A stretch of DNA of 64,000 bases from Saccostrea cucullata (Eukaryota): positions 186,001-250,000 of the forward strand of contig NW_026934326.1 in NCBI RefSeq assembly GCF_032062105.1, given 5' to 3'. The notes beneath the pieces were generated by a model. That model was not told the origin of the DNA. It did not search any database and saw only the letters and a list, made by a program, of their open reading frames with translations. The first letter of the stretch is position 1, and each line of letters starts with the position of its first letter. The position numbers were made by a program, and so were the translations under genes. Positions 38,729 through 51,740 of this stretch are shown here, piece after piece.

Positions 38729-41496
38729 GAGTTGAGATGGGGGATCAGTACATTGAGTCAGTGCGTGACTGACCTGTTCCGCGTGATATTAAGGGCGTAG
38801 AGCGTTTTCTCGGGTTCGCCAATTATCACCGTAGTTTCATCCCTCACTTCTCCAGAATTGCGGCTCCGCTGTATGCGGTTACCGGAAAAAGCGGTTTTTG
38901 GTGGGGCGACGAGCAGCATAATGCTTTCGAGGAACTAATTCAGTTAATGACTAAACCTCCAGTTCTAGCGATACCGAACAGTACAGGTCATTTCATCCTG
39001 GATACCGATGCCTCGGATCATGCCGTAGGCGGGGAATTAAGCCAAGTCCAGGGTGGGAAAGAAAGAACAATAGGGTATGGGAGTGCTGTGCTATCCGCAG
39101 AACAGCGCAGGTATTGTACTACTCGTAAAGAGCTATTGGCGGTTATTAAGTTTACAAGACAATTCCGCCACTACCTGCTGGGTCGCGAGTTCACGGTCAG
39201 GACCGATCACCATAGCCTGGTCTGGCTAATGAACTTCAAGCATCCGCAGAACCAAATCGCTCGATGGCTCGAAGAACTGAGCCAGTACAATATGCGGATC
39301 GTACACCGCCCGGGAAAGAAACATGTCAATGCTGACGCGCTGTCCCGGGACATACCCGACTCATGCCAGGGGTACTCAACGAGAATTAGGGTCGAAGACT
39401 TACCGTGCGGCGGATGCCGGTATTGCCGCCGAGCCCACGAGCTCTGGCATGACTTTAATACCGAAATCGACGATGTAATTCCTTTGTCCCAACTCTTTGA
39501 CGAAACGCCTGTGCCAGCAGAGAGTCCGTCCGCTGAGGGGGGTGAATGTGGTTCGTTAGATCCCACGCTTCGTCAGGCCATTGTTTCCAGTTCTTGGGAA
39601 GATACACCCTTGACTGTAAGTGCGTCTGCACTTCCCAGTTTTCAGATTAAGGTCAGTGGGGTGTCGAGTTTAAATCCCAATATTGAGAAAGTTAGTCCTC
39701 AAGTCTGTCGGTTAACAGGTGACACTGCGGGAATTTCGCTATCTTCTTACAGTTCCGCAGATTTAGCTCAGAAACAGAAAAATGACGAAGCTATAGTATA
39801 CCTGCGACAGTACTTAGAGTCTGGGGCCTTACCTACCGAAAGCGACTTAATTATCTGCAGTCCGGAAGAGAAGTGCTATCTTCTGGAGCGAGACTGTTTT
39901 TATCTAGACGAGTCAGGTGTTGTTTGGCGAGAACCCGATGACTCGGATGCGTCCCGTCGGCTCCTCGTGCTGCGGAGTCTCCGATCCGAGATCATGCACT
40001 TGTGTCATGACATACCGTCCTCTGGTCACCAGGGAATCCAGAGAACTAAAGAACGCCTTAAACAACAGTTCTACTGGTGGCGCATGACAAAGGACATTAA
40101 GTTATATGTCAAAACTTGCGACGTATGTGCGAGAAACAAGCGAGGTTCGTTGCCGAACAGATCCGAGCTTAAGAGTTATCAAGCCGGAAGCCCGATGGAA
40201 AGGGTACATCTGGACTTTCTCGGGCCACTCCCCAAAACTGATAGCGGAAACGAATACATTCTTATGATGGTAGACAATTTTTCCAAATGGGTAGAGTGTA
40301 TTCCGCTTCCGTCTCAAACAGCGGAAGTTACTGCTCGCTCCGCTATCAATGACTTCTTTTCTCGATTTGGCTATCCTTACGAAATCTTTACAGACCAGGG
40401 CCGTAATTTCGAGAGCGAGCTGTTCTGTAAGATTTGCGCCATGTTAGGGATACATAAAGCCAGGACCACACCCTACCGTCCGTCAGGGAATGGCCAGGTA
40501 GAGCGCTACAACCGCACTCTAATGGACGCAGTTCGCTGCTACATCGACGGTCAGCCCAAGTCATGGGATAAGTACCTAGGCCCATTGGCTGGAGCATTGC
40601 GGTCCGCGGTAAATCGCCATACCGGTTATACCCCAAATCGTTTAATGCTGGGTCGTGAAGTAAATATACCAGCAACCTTGATGTTTGCCCCACCGCCTTC
40701 CACGTCTTTTCAAAATGGGGAGGAGGGTGAGGTGGACAGATACGTACGGGACCTCGAAGAGAATGTTCAAGGCGCGCACGACATTGCCCGCAAGAAACTT
40801 AAAGTCGCGCAGAAGGCCATGAAAAGGTCGCATGACATTAAGGTCTGTACCAGCAAGTTCAAGGTCGGAGATTTGGTATACTGGCGTCGCAATGCCGGAA
40901 AAAAGGTAGAGTCAGTTTGGAAGGGTCCTGGGGTAATAATTGAAGCCAAGTCGGACACAATATTTGTAGTCAAATCTCGGCGCGAGGTCAAGGTTATGCA
41001 CCATGACAAGCTTAAAAAGTGCGAGGCCAGGCAACTCCCCAAATGGTTAGTTATCTACTAGTATCAGAATAAGTTGCCTGGACAGTCAGTAGCCCGAGAT
41101 GGGGACAGTTCTCCTGTACATGACGTGGTTGCACCGCTGGGGACCGCGGACTCAGCAATATGTCCTGAGAGCCCGGGGAGTGGGGGTCACCCGCAAGTGA
41201 GCCCCAAGCCAGCGGAGTCAGTAGGTCCGTATATGGGTACTCGTAAGCGGGTTAGGTAAAGACAAGATCCGCCCGTACAGCCCAAGTCGCCCAAAAGACC
41301 TAGAGCCACTAGGGGAACTAAAACCAGAAAATATTGTGTTTGTTTGCAGTCTAATCCCAAGGGGATGATGGTGCAGTGCGACAGCTGCCGGGACTGGTTT
41401 CATCCTGGGTGTGTGGGTTTTAGTGAGGATTATGCTAAATCAGTACCTCAATTTATCTGCCCCGAATGCAGTCCCGTCGATGTTTGTCGCGACTAG
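38729..41496 (+). pseudogene. pol: RT thumb, RNase H, integrase and C-terminal PHD finger in one frame with internal stops
   Basis: FILDTDASDHAVGGELSQ, RKELLAV, TDH, NADALSR (RNase H); H..H..CDVC zinc finger; DFLGP, TDQGRNFES, GQVERYN (DDE); WKGP; PHD at 41332-41469. Confidence 0.92.
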
Positions 41497-41618
41497 TTTG
41501 GAGGATTATGTCCCCGCAGGGATGCGGGGTCAGGTGCAGCTATTTTAATTTTAGTTTTCTTTTATAGTTTGTCCCATTGTAACGGGCTGGAACGCCCTCT
41601 TTTCAAAATGGGGAGGAA

Positions 41619-41877
41619 TGTGGTGGTCCTGGAGGTACTGGGCACGAATTGCCCTGCTACCTCAGATCACATGGTATACGTCACAGCACCTGTTGTGACG
41701 TGTACCTATCCTCGCTCTCTTTTGTGTTACATGCTGCAGAGAACGGACGTGTCTCTGTTAGCTCCGTCATTATTGTATTTTATATGTAATAACTGCGGGC
41801 ACTAATAATCATCAATATTATATCATAGTGTATTCTCTATTCCGCCATCACAGTAGATAATATAGAGATACACTGTA
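41619..41877 (+). repeat. 3' LTR preceded by polypurine tract
   Basis: PPT aaaatggggaggaa immediately before TGTGGTGG. Confidence 0.9.
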
Positions 41878-42355
41878 TACTGAGGTATACGACATGTGGT
41901 TTTAAAGAATGATATAAAACTTGTAGATAGAATTTCTAAGGCATTAGAATGAGGTTTTCATGGAAGTTAGCACACCCATTCTTACAATAAAACAATCCCC
42001 CCCAAAAAAGGCTCAAATTCGAAGATATAGCTTACTAGTGACATTTGGCGCGAAAAGAGCGATTCACCCCTTTCGTAGAATATAAATGGACTGATCCAGT
42101 AGTATAGAAATGCAGAAAACAGGATACACGGACATGTTGAAACGGCGAATCACATGGAATAATCTGTTCCATGCAAAAAGAGTAAAGGAAGTAAACACTG
42201 CAGTATTTTGCATCAGTAATATCATTCTGTTTTTTGAAAACTGTTTCTTTTAAAATGCAGGTAAAGAATTCCCAATGCAAATCAGCTTGCACAAAATCTA
42301 GCTCTTTAGACATGATCGCACACTTTCGGATCTTGGAAATCTCAATCATTATACA

Positions 42356-44052
42356 GCCTAACGCCGTGACGTCAGGCAATCACTTAATCGAATACGTCAT
42401 ATCACCTAATCAATTGAATAGGTCGTATTACCTATTCAGCTCGAATAGATGATATCACCTACCGGTACTAGTTTTCAAATAGGTGATACATGTACAGTCA
42501 TTTTACCAGTAACGAATATTTGCCAGTATCGAATATTTTTTTTATTTAAATATTCTAGAAAAACATAGTGAAGGGTTTTTAAAATCTTACTAGGTTAATA
42601 CAATAAAAGGATAAATATTCTACCACTGTGTTGTGATTTTGTAATATCTGCATGATTATTTCCCACAATATTTACAATTTGAACCGATGACCTAGATTTT
42701 AACACGCGCAAGTGCAAGTCTAAGAAAACGAAAGTGTGTCGAGAAATACGTCTAAATAAAAAATTTGATATGTTGTAGATCCAGATTGTGTATGTAATCA
42801 ATATTTAGGATAAATACAAAAAGATAGAACATTAAATTCAACGAAAATTGACTTTTGAATGAAATTTAACATCTAAACTTACCACGTGTTGTTTTCTTAG
42901 TTACGAATCACGAATTTTGGAAGAACGAAAAATGCCGTTTTACGGGATGCAAAAACAAAGAAACTGACAGGAGTGAAAATACTATCAAAACTATTTATAA
43001 GCAAAAATATTCCATGAAAATTATGACTCAGAGATGATTGATTTAATTATAATAACGCATGTCACTAAACACTAAAAGTTTCTCATAAAATGCAACATTT
43101 TTCATATTGTTTAGTTTTAGAAAAATAAATCATTTGAATCAACAAGTAATGCTTATGAATATACTTTATGTAGAATTTTCTTGAAGGTATATTTCTACAA
43201 TAATTTCGACCAACCGGTTTCATTTAATAAGTCAGCAACAATAGAGGGCAACTGATTCGATACTGAAAAATCGATTCGAAACTAGGAAAAAAAGGGGGGG
43301 TGTTATTTTTGACAGCTATGTCCCTGTACCGTTTATATTTTGGAAATTTTTGTACCACTTGTTTGCAGAGCTTAGAAATACAAATTAAACAACAACAAAG
43401 AAAATTTGGAAATTCAAAGATATGGGTTGTATTTAATACGTAACTAGAAACCGATTCGTTACTGTTAAAATGACTGTATTACCCTCTCATTTCTAATAGG
43501 TGATATCATTGATTCAATAAGGTGATATAACTGATTTGATAAGGTGATATCATTGATTCAATAAGGTGATATAACTGATTTGATAAGGTGATATCATTGA
43601 TTCGATAACGTGATATCACCTATTCGAATAAGTGATATCACCTCATCAAATCAGGTGATATAAGGCCATGCAAAGTTAATTACTTGGTTCTCAGGCCTTT
43701 TTTCAAGAAATATGATGAGTGAGGGAGGCATTCTTTTTCTTTTTTATTGCCCCCAAAACATGATGAGGCAGCTTTTTACATTGTACAAAACCTCAAAAAA
43801 TGATGAGGGAGGTGATTTGATGTTTATATTTTATTGATTTAGCAATAAAAAGGGTCAGTGAGGCACCCTTGGAAGAGATGAGGGAGGGCCTGAGAAGCAA
43901 GAAATTAATTTTTTTTTTTGCCTAACCTATTCAATTTGAATGAATGATATGACTTATTTGAATATATGATATCATTAAATGACAATAAATACCAAAACGA
44001 TGCCTCATTATTGTGTGAACTGACTTATTTGCCTGACGTCACGGCGTCAGGC
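42356..44052. mobile_element. Inner TIR element with (a)ggtgatat tandem repeats
   Basis: gcctaacgccgtgacgtcaggcaa / ttgcctgacgtcacggcgtcaggc; ~21-bp tandem units at 43495-43660. Confidence 0.65.
43664..43922. mobile_element. PIF/Harbinger-like MITE, copy 1
   Basis: TAA on both sides; reverse-complement copy at 54456-54711. Confidence 0.75.
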
Positions 44053-45486
44053 ACTGCTAAGGATCAATATTTCCTAGGTGCGAAGCTACGAGGTCACAGT
44101 TAGCCAGCAAAATTTTGTGCATGCTGATTATCATCGGATTTTGCTATATATGCGTTTAACGGTTTCAGCAACAACAGTTAGCAGAAAAATAACCATATTG
44201 CTGATTCAGTACATTGATGTATTTATTTCTCTTAGCTTTTTGCTAGCAGCTATTTATTTCCTGCGAGTTCTTATATGGACTTGTCCGTTTGACCTTTTTT
44301 CTGCGTTTCTATACCACTGGATTAGTCCATTTGTCTTCCACCAGTTCGCGCCAAAATGTCACGTGTAAGTTTTTGCGCCCTTTTCCTGGACTATTCTATT
44401 GAATGGAAATGAAAACTGCATGAATAATATAAAGTCTGTTCTTTTTTGTCGGAATCCTGGTCGAGCTTTGGAAAAAAACATATCGGTGATATTGTAAAGT
44501 GAGTTAGAAGTTACATCATTTTAAAAAGTAATAAAAACGGAACGAACAAAAACCTCTTAGAGGATGTACTGCTCGAATATACATCATACCCCCCCCCCCC
44601 CTCCACTCTAGGGGGTTTCCTCCACAGAGTATAAACTTATGAAAGTGCCCTCTCACATTTCAGAATTGAGAAAAATTATAAATTATTACTTTTTTGCTCG
44701 TACAAATATTTTTGATGTGGACCCCTTATCCCTGGGAAAACTTTCTGAATCCGCACCTGTCGCCATTCATATATCGCCGTCAAGTATGTTGGGTCATTTA
44801 AGAATACAGGGTTTTAATTATTTATCCCACGTTTCCAACAATCTTTGATGCTCTGGTATACCCAAGAGACTATTAAACATATTCTGCATGTCAATCATAT
44901 CCGTTACGATTCCTAATTTCTTCTAATTGTCATATTTTCAGCTGTCATCCTCAAAGCCTATGCTGTATGCAGTTGAATCTAATTTATATAACCTTTACAT
45001 ATAGCCATGCTTTCCAGTATTAATCAATTACATTAGTGTTTTTCCTTATGTACTTCATCCTCTAAAGCCATTTTTAGACTCGCGGAGTGAGGTCTTCATC
45101 TTTACGTCGCGGGTTTGAATCTACAGCGGGACATGTACACGATTTCATTTTAAAGTCATATATGGCGTATTTTTGATAAGTTCAGACTTAACTAAAATTA
45201 AAAAGATCTTCCTATTTGTTTTGTTTCTTTATATAAAGATAGGACTTTCCTGTAAATTACACAATTTAAATCAATCGCGTTTCATACATATCAGAAATTT
45301 AAAACAATATCTGATTTATTTTTGAATCGGAATTAAATAGCAGACACAGTTTAAAGTCAATCTAACTATAGAAACGACGGGATTTTTTAGTTCTAAATCT
45401 GAAAATTTGAATTCGAACGTAAATAACAAATATAATGTAAATCTACACTTAATCTCGTATTTTTTTTTTATTTTTTAGCTCAGATA

Positions 45487-47215
45487 TACGGAAGCCCATT
45501 GGTGCCAACCTGTATATATAAAGGAAAAGTGATATATAAAAACGAACCTCTATATATAAAGGAAATGCGATATATATAAAGAAAACCTGGATATATATAA
45601 AGGAAATGCGATATATATAAAGAAATCCTCGATTTATATATAAAGGAAATGCGATATATAAAAAGAAAACCTCGATATATATAAAGGTATTGCGATATAT
45701 GTAAACAAAACTTCGATATATTTCCACTGCCTGACCTTTAACATGTTAAATGACCTACATTACAACAGAGACTTCGCCAACATATGATAAGCTGCTACTG
45801 GTCCAATAATTTGATTACAATCATTTGATGTGGCTGTTTCAGGATGGTATTTAGCGTGTTGTGTTTTCTTCCTTTGTGTATCTTGATAATTATTACGATT
45901 AAAACTAAAGCTAAAACACTGTGTTCTTCTTACATTTCAGACGTGTTGGGCAGAATTACACCAATGAGTGACTTTTCGGCTTAAAATGTATATTACATAG
46001 CACTAAATGTTCGGGGGTCTTTTTCAATTGAAATATAATTTAGTGCAAAAATACAAGTGTGTTTTATCATGTTTTATAAGTTCTTAAACGTTTTACTATG
46101 TTTTTACATGATGTAGATTTTCAAATCGATTTAATGTACGATATGTGGGACAAAAATCTGCAGTTTAATTATGTAAGTGTGCATGCACTACATCGTTTCT
46201 TTTTATTTATTTACAAATACTTTACTTTTTTTCCACCAAAAAACCCTTAAATTATTATATATACGGTAATAGTACATGTCGCTTTCTTCCTTCATATTCA
46301 GATGAAGAGGATACCTTCATCTCTCCCCTCTCTCCCATTCCGATTCTTTTTTTTCTTTTTTTACAATCAATGGACATACTAGTAAATATATTTTTATAAT
46401 GAATTTAAAAAAATTTGAATTAGGGCATTAAAAAAGTACTTGTTAAGACTCCACGTTTAACATTATATTTTCATAAATTCTCAGTTGTGAAACCAAAGTA
46501 GTAAGTTTGGTAAAACGAAAGAAAAAGAAAGAAAGAAAAAACAAGGTAGGTTGTAAAAAAAACAAAGTTGATCAAAATACATGTAAAGCCAATAAAACAC
46601 AGAAAATACGATAGATATGTTACATTAAAAGTTTAAATCTGAAATTTAAACTTATCTGTAACTATCTAGATAAGTTTAAACTTTAGATTTAAACTTTTAA
46701 TGTATCACATATAATTCATTATGAATGCATTTTAATTTAATGCTCTTCTTCTCAAATAAGTGCATTATTTTAAGTAGTGTTACAATTACAGTTCATTGAT
46801 ATATGCATGTACAAACAAATAAACACTATTAAATAGCAACATTTTGCAGATTCTGTGACAGTTTTGAGTACTGTATAACTGATTTCCCCCTGCCAGGAGT
46901 TAATCTGTATATAATCTTGATGGACAGCTGAGGTCACGCAGTGGAAAATTTTCTCTTTATATATATCGCATTTCTCTTTATATATATCGAGGTTTTGTTT
47001 ATATATATCGCTTTTCTCTTTATATATATCGAGGTTTTGTTTATATATATCACATTTCCTTTATATATATCCAGGTTTCGTTTATACATATCGCATTTCC
47101 TTTATATATATCCAGGTTTTGTTTATATATATTGTATTTCCTTTATATATCGAGGTTTGCTTTTATATATTGCATTTCCTTTATATATAGAGGTTGGCAC
47201 TAATGGGCTTCCGTA
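45487..47215. mobile_element. Non-autonomous TIR element with 6-bp TSD (IS3EU-like)
   Basis: TIR TACGGAAGCCCATT.GTGCCAACCT / AGGTTGGCAC.AATGGGCTTCCGTA, TSD CAGATA, subterminal tatatataaaggaaatgcga arrays. Confidence 0.85.
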
Positions 47216-48106
47216 CAGATACGCCATATATAGCTTTAAATTTGAGATACAAACAATATATACGTTTTATATAAAATGTGTTCTTTTTTCCATTGCTCTA
47301 ATGAGTATCATACAACTTAAAATGAATGCATGATGTTTTGTGCAACATCTTTATATTTTTCTCTTGTGAAATAATTTACCCCACACCCCCCCTCCCCAAT
47401 GTAAAGGTTTATAAATTATCATGCTTATTGGTTTTATAGATTTTGATGGCATTAGTCAGGCAAGCTTTTTAAAAAGCTGTTACTTGTCTTGGTTTATTTT
47501 CTGAAAATGCAAACTTAACATTCCTTTCTTTCTTTAATCAACTTTCATTACAAGTTCACTTGTGTGAAGTAAAGTAGTTATATTGCAGCGTTTATTAAAA
47601 AACATAAAATTTATCAGAAAGGACAATACGCTCAAAAGATGTTTTTGTTGAATGGATTTATGAAAATATATTTTGTATATCCACATCGTTTCCGTATATT
47701 TATTTAGTATCTCAAGGATCATTTTTCTTTCCGTCACATATCGATAGAAAAAAAAGAGAAAAGTATAAAACACGCCATTTCCTCTTACAGTCAAGGCCGA
47801 TTGCTCCGGCTTCACGCAGGTGCGTGAATTTCTTTCACTGCAACGAATACTGAAGGTACAATTTCGGTTCGAGGTGGGCCTTGAAAATTCCGAATTTAAT
47901 AAGTTAATAATCATGTTTACTAATGTCTAAAACAAACGTTATTAAATTCACCTTTTTTCCTCGTGTGCTAAAATACGAATTGAAACAGGAAGTATTTCCA
48001 CTAACGCTGAACTTCCCTATATGATTTTCAATACTATCAATAGTGTTCCTTCCTTTAATTTGACAAATGACCAACATTAAAACGAATATATGATAGTGAA
48101 ATAAAA

Positions 48107-51100
48107 ATGGAGGCTAGGGCGAAAGCCGCTTGGTCTATGGAGAACTACACCATTCATGACGTGGTGTATAAGATGGGTCTCCCGCGCACGGTTCGTGTGA
48201 CGGAGGGGGTCTACAGCCAAAACGAGCAGGAGAGCTTATCCACGGGAGATGTCGTACGTTTGGACGCTATCAGTGAAATCAAACGCATAGTAACGCGAGC
48301 TAACTTATTGGACGAAGAGGTCACAGACCTACAGATTCCTCTTAATTTCCAAGGTGAAGTTTATGTCTACACTGGAAAAGAAACCGTGTACAAATCAGTG
48401 CAGGAACTCATTCAGCTTTTCCCGGGATTTGTACATGTGGACTCCCCGATTAAGGCCGTGACACTGGAGAATAACAATGAGGAGGAAGTGGACCTGGGCT
48501 GGGGCGCCTGTCTTAAGCTGGAGCGGGTGGTCAGTGGACAGGGGTTACACTGTACTTATGGGGAACGGAAAATCTGCTTGCGTCCTTTTCAAAGAGGAAA
48601 ATTTTCTCGTATCCCTAAAAACGATATAATGCAACTTAAGGATGTGATAAGAAATTTCTCGTTACCAGTAAATGTAAGATTCATGGATAAGCTTCCTGAA
48701 CTAAATGCAGTGTTAGACACAAATAAAGTGAATTGTTTTTCTCTGGAACGTGTGGAGTCGTTGGTAGCCATTGTGGGATCTATTCTTAATTCTGATGGAT
48801 CTAGAGTATCGGCAAACCAATTGATGATAGCACTGACCCAGGCTACTGATGTAGAAGTTCAAATTAGTCTGACGGAAGAGAACAAGTCAATGTTTAGCAG
48901 CCCCCAAAATAGTCCTCTGACGTCCAAAAAACGACCACCACCCGTCCCGAAAAGATCCAGCAGCATACCTAGTTCTTTTGGAAAAAGTCTCCCACTACAG
49001 TCAAACCTTTATCAGCAGGACACTTCTACAATGGCAGAGAAGGCTAAAATTGCTTCAGTGACACCTCAGCCTCCCAACAGGGGATATAAGACCATGTTAA
49101 CAAATATTTTAGGAACAAAACCACCTGTTCTTCCCCCGAGGAAAATGTCAAATCCGGAAAGTTTCACACAACCCAGAAGGGGCTCAGTCGACACGGGCTC
49201 CGAGAATAGACTATGTGCGGTGCCGCCCCTTCCGGCCCGTAACAGGTCCAGACCCCCTAGTGACGATACACACGATCTCACACTTACTGGAAATATATTG
49301 TCGAGGTCTCCGGATGTCGCCAAAAAACCCGGTACGTTATATTCAATTTTATTTAGAATCTTCTACATCTTCCAAGCAGTCATTTTTGTCTTAACTAAAT
49401 TTTGGTTGTGTACGAGTATATATAACTGAGTGAGGTTTTGTTGGAAACATTTTGAAAGACATTCTGAAAAAAAGAAATAGCTTTAAAAGACCCCTTCTAA
49501 CATTACATTTTCATTTAGGAAACCAAATTGTCAAAGTGCTTTAAAGTGTATCTATGACATTTGTTGCATTAGGGAAATATTTAATTTAATAAATTTTAAT
49601 AATTTTTATGAGCTGTTTGTAATTTCATAAAATAGTTGAAATGTGAACAGTCAACGTAATTAACTCCAAATTATCAATTGAAAAGCTGTACAACAACTAT
49701 CAACCAGAAGTCTAGCACAAAAATCTTTTAGTGTTCCTTTTTTTTTTTTTTTTTTTTTTTTACTTTTTTGCGTTCTATTGTCCTCTGGTTTGAAAAACGA
49801 GTATGAAGTTTATATATGTAGTAACCATGATTTTCTGATTAAAATTCGCAGTATCTAGTTATGACTTATGTCGGGGTAACTATAAACAGTAACTTAAAAT
49901 GATACATGCCTATGGCGTCAAGTCTTGATAAAAAGGTAAATTAAAGTTCTGTAATTTCATTCGTTGTTTTCCTTCACCGGTCCTTTCTATCAGCCTCTCT
50001 TTCGGAATGATATAAATTATAGTTCAAGGTCAGCTGCTCCATGGCTTTGCCATTGATGTAAGGACGAAAACTGTCTCAACTTAAATATCCCATTTCGTAC
50101 AAATAGATGTGTGATCATTAGATCCTTGTTGATAGATTGCCAGTGTACAGAGATAAAATGGAAATATTCAAAAGTAAATCTTTAAGGGTCCTCTCTCATT
50201 AACTGTGCTAGACTATAAATGAAGAATTACTGTGAACAAGTGAAGCCGTGCATGTGAGAAATGTGGATCATGAAACTTTTATTTTCTAGAAACCGTGACT
50301 TTAAACAAATTACCACCGAACATCGGGAGGGAGCTCTTCAACAACTCCTCTAAAAGTGGCGACAGGAATTCCAAATCGAGCACTCCAACCAGACCGCTGT
50401 CCAATACCTGTAAGTTACTATAAATGACCACTCTTCGTATCAGTATTTTTAGGCAGTGATTTATTTAGGTGGGTTTATTTGAAACACTAATGTTATTTGT
50501 TACAGCCAGAGCAGACTCTAGTCATGACTCGGAAAGTTCTGACGGGCCAAATGAGGCAGATTACATATCCATGGAAGACGCAAAGGAAATCAAAAAACAG
50601 ATGAAGCCGACCATCCATAAAACGCGACCGGTCCCACCGTCCCGTGATCGAGGGAGTAACTCGTCACAGAAACTCGACCTACCGCTTACAAACTCAGACA
50701 ATCTTGTGTCAGCGTCCCAACAAGATCAACTCTCTCGCGGCAGGTTAGTTTCACCCCGTTTGGAACAGCGTTCAGCATTCACTTCTCCGAGGACTTCGAT
50801 TAAAAGAGGACTTATACCAGAGCCTCCAGCTATCGAGGGTAAGGCAATTCGAGTACAGTTAAATACGAGATTAGTATTTTATTTCAATATCAAAAAGAAC
50901 TAGCGCGCATTGATTGACATTCGACTGGAATTTCATTTATCTACCACTTCAATTTTTGGGATACTTTTGACGAATCGGGACCCTGTGAATATAAAAAAAA
51001 GAAACGTTTCCTGAATGTAAAAAAAATTCAATCTGTTCACCCTTGTGTCATACGTGTAATCAGTGTTATATAAATAATTAAGCCCAGAAATAAAATTAAG

Positions 51101-51740
51101 GAAAAGTCCATTTTGTATGACCTGTTTCAGATATTGAGGTTTTGGTCTTTTTTCAGATAAGGGGGATGACTAGACATCTGGTTTGTTCGGTTACATATAT
51201 GTGTGTAATGACAACACGTTCTTTTTCAGATACAGAAGTGGTGACTAGACGTCCAGTGTTTTCGCCAGCGGCATCCCAGAATCTTGACGAGTATTACTCC
51301 AGCATCCCAAAGGTTGTGTATTACACATTTATCTTTACATAAAAGCTTCTGATTCGTAAATTACATGTATTTACATGGTTTAAACTGACATTAACCTTTT
51401 TTAGACGTATCGACAAAGCCTTGTTCTGGTTCACAAGGAGCTTGTAAGTCGACAGCATGAGAGCCCCCAGAAACCGACAGGGGCTGTGTCCCCCATCTCC
51501 CGACTCCCCTCCCCACCCGTACCGAACTTCTCCAATCTGTCGGTGGCAGAATTAGTCCACTGTTTCCGTGAATGTCGCCTTAACGAACTAGCTGCTCTGT
51601 GTGAGAAGGAGGGGTTGGACGGGTGCTTTATCGATAAGCTGACGAACGCTGACCTCAGCCGGGAACCATTCAACTTGACCGTCCTTCACCGAATGAAGGT
51701 CGAGCAGATCAAACAAGGATGGAGACCATTTTACAACTGA
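48107..51740 (+). CDS. GAREM/THEMIS-like adaptor: CABIT domain, proline-rich region, C-terminal SAM domain; 5 coding exons
   Basis: Exons 48107-49331, 50290-50409, 50506-50838, 51230-51312, 51405-51740 with matching phases. CABIT-like LPRTVRVTEG, IPLNFQG, LPVNVRF; SAM-like LSVAELVHCF..EGLDG ending IKQGWRP as in GAREM. Confidence 0.78.

Larger units (their letters stand above)
33050..41877 (+). mobile_element. Ty3/Gypsy LTR retrotransposon, both LTRs present, inactivated
   Basis: Two ~260-bp LTRs, PBS, PPT, domain order gag-PR-RT-RH-IN; candidate 4-bp TSD TCCT/TACT (one mismatch). Confidence 0.93.
42031..44369. mobile_element. Outer TIR element of a nested cluster
   Basis: cttactagtgacatttggcgcgaa / ttcgcgccaaaatgtcacgtgtaag. 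Confidence 0.6.

Noticed and set aside
36670-41403. Antisense and alternative-frame ORFs within pol
   Set aside because: Expected shadows of GC-rich coding sequence; no recognisable domains.
45449-47333. Hydrophobic Y/I/F-rich ORFs (45449-45727, 46941-47333)
   Set aside because: Translations of the TA-rich subterminal repeats.
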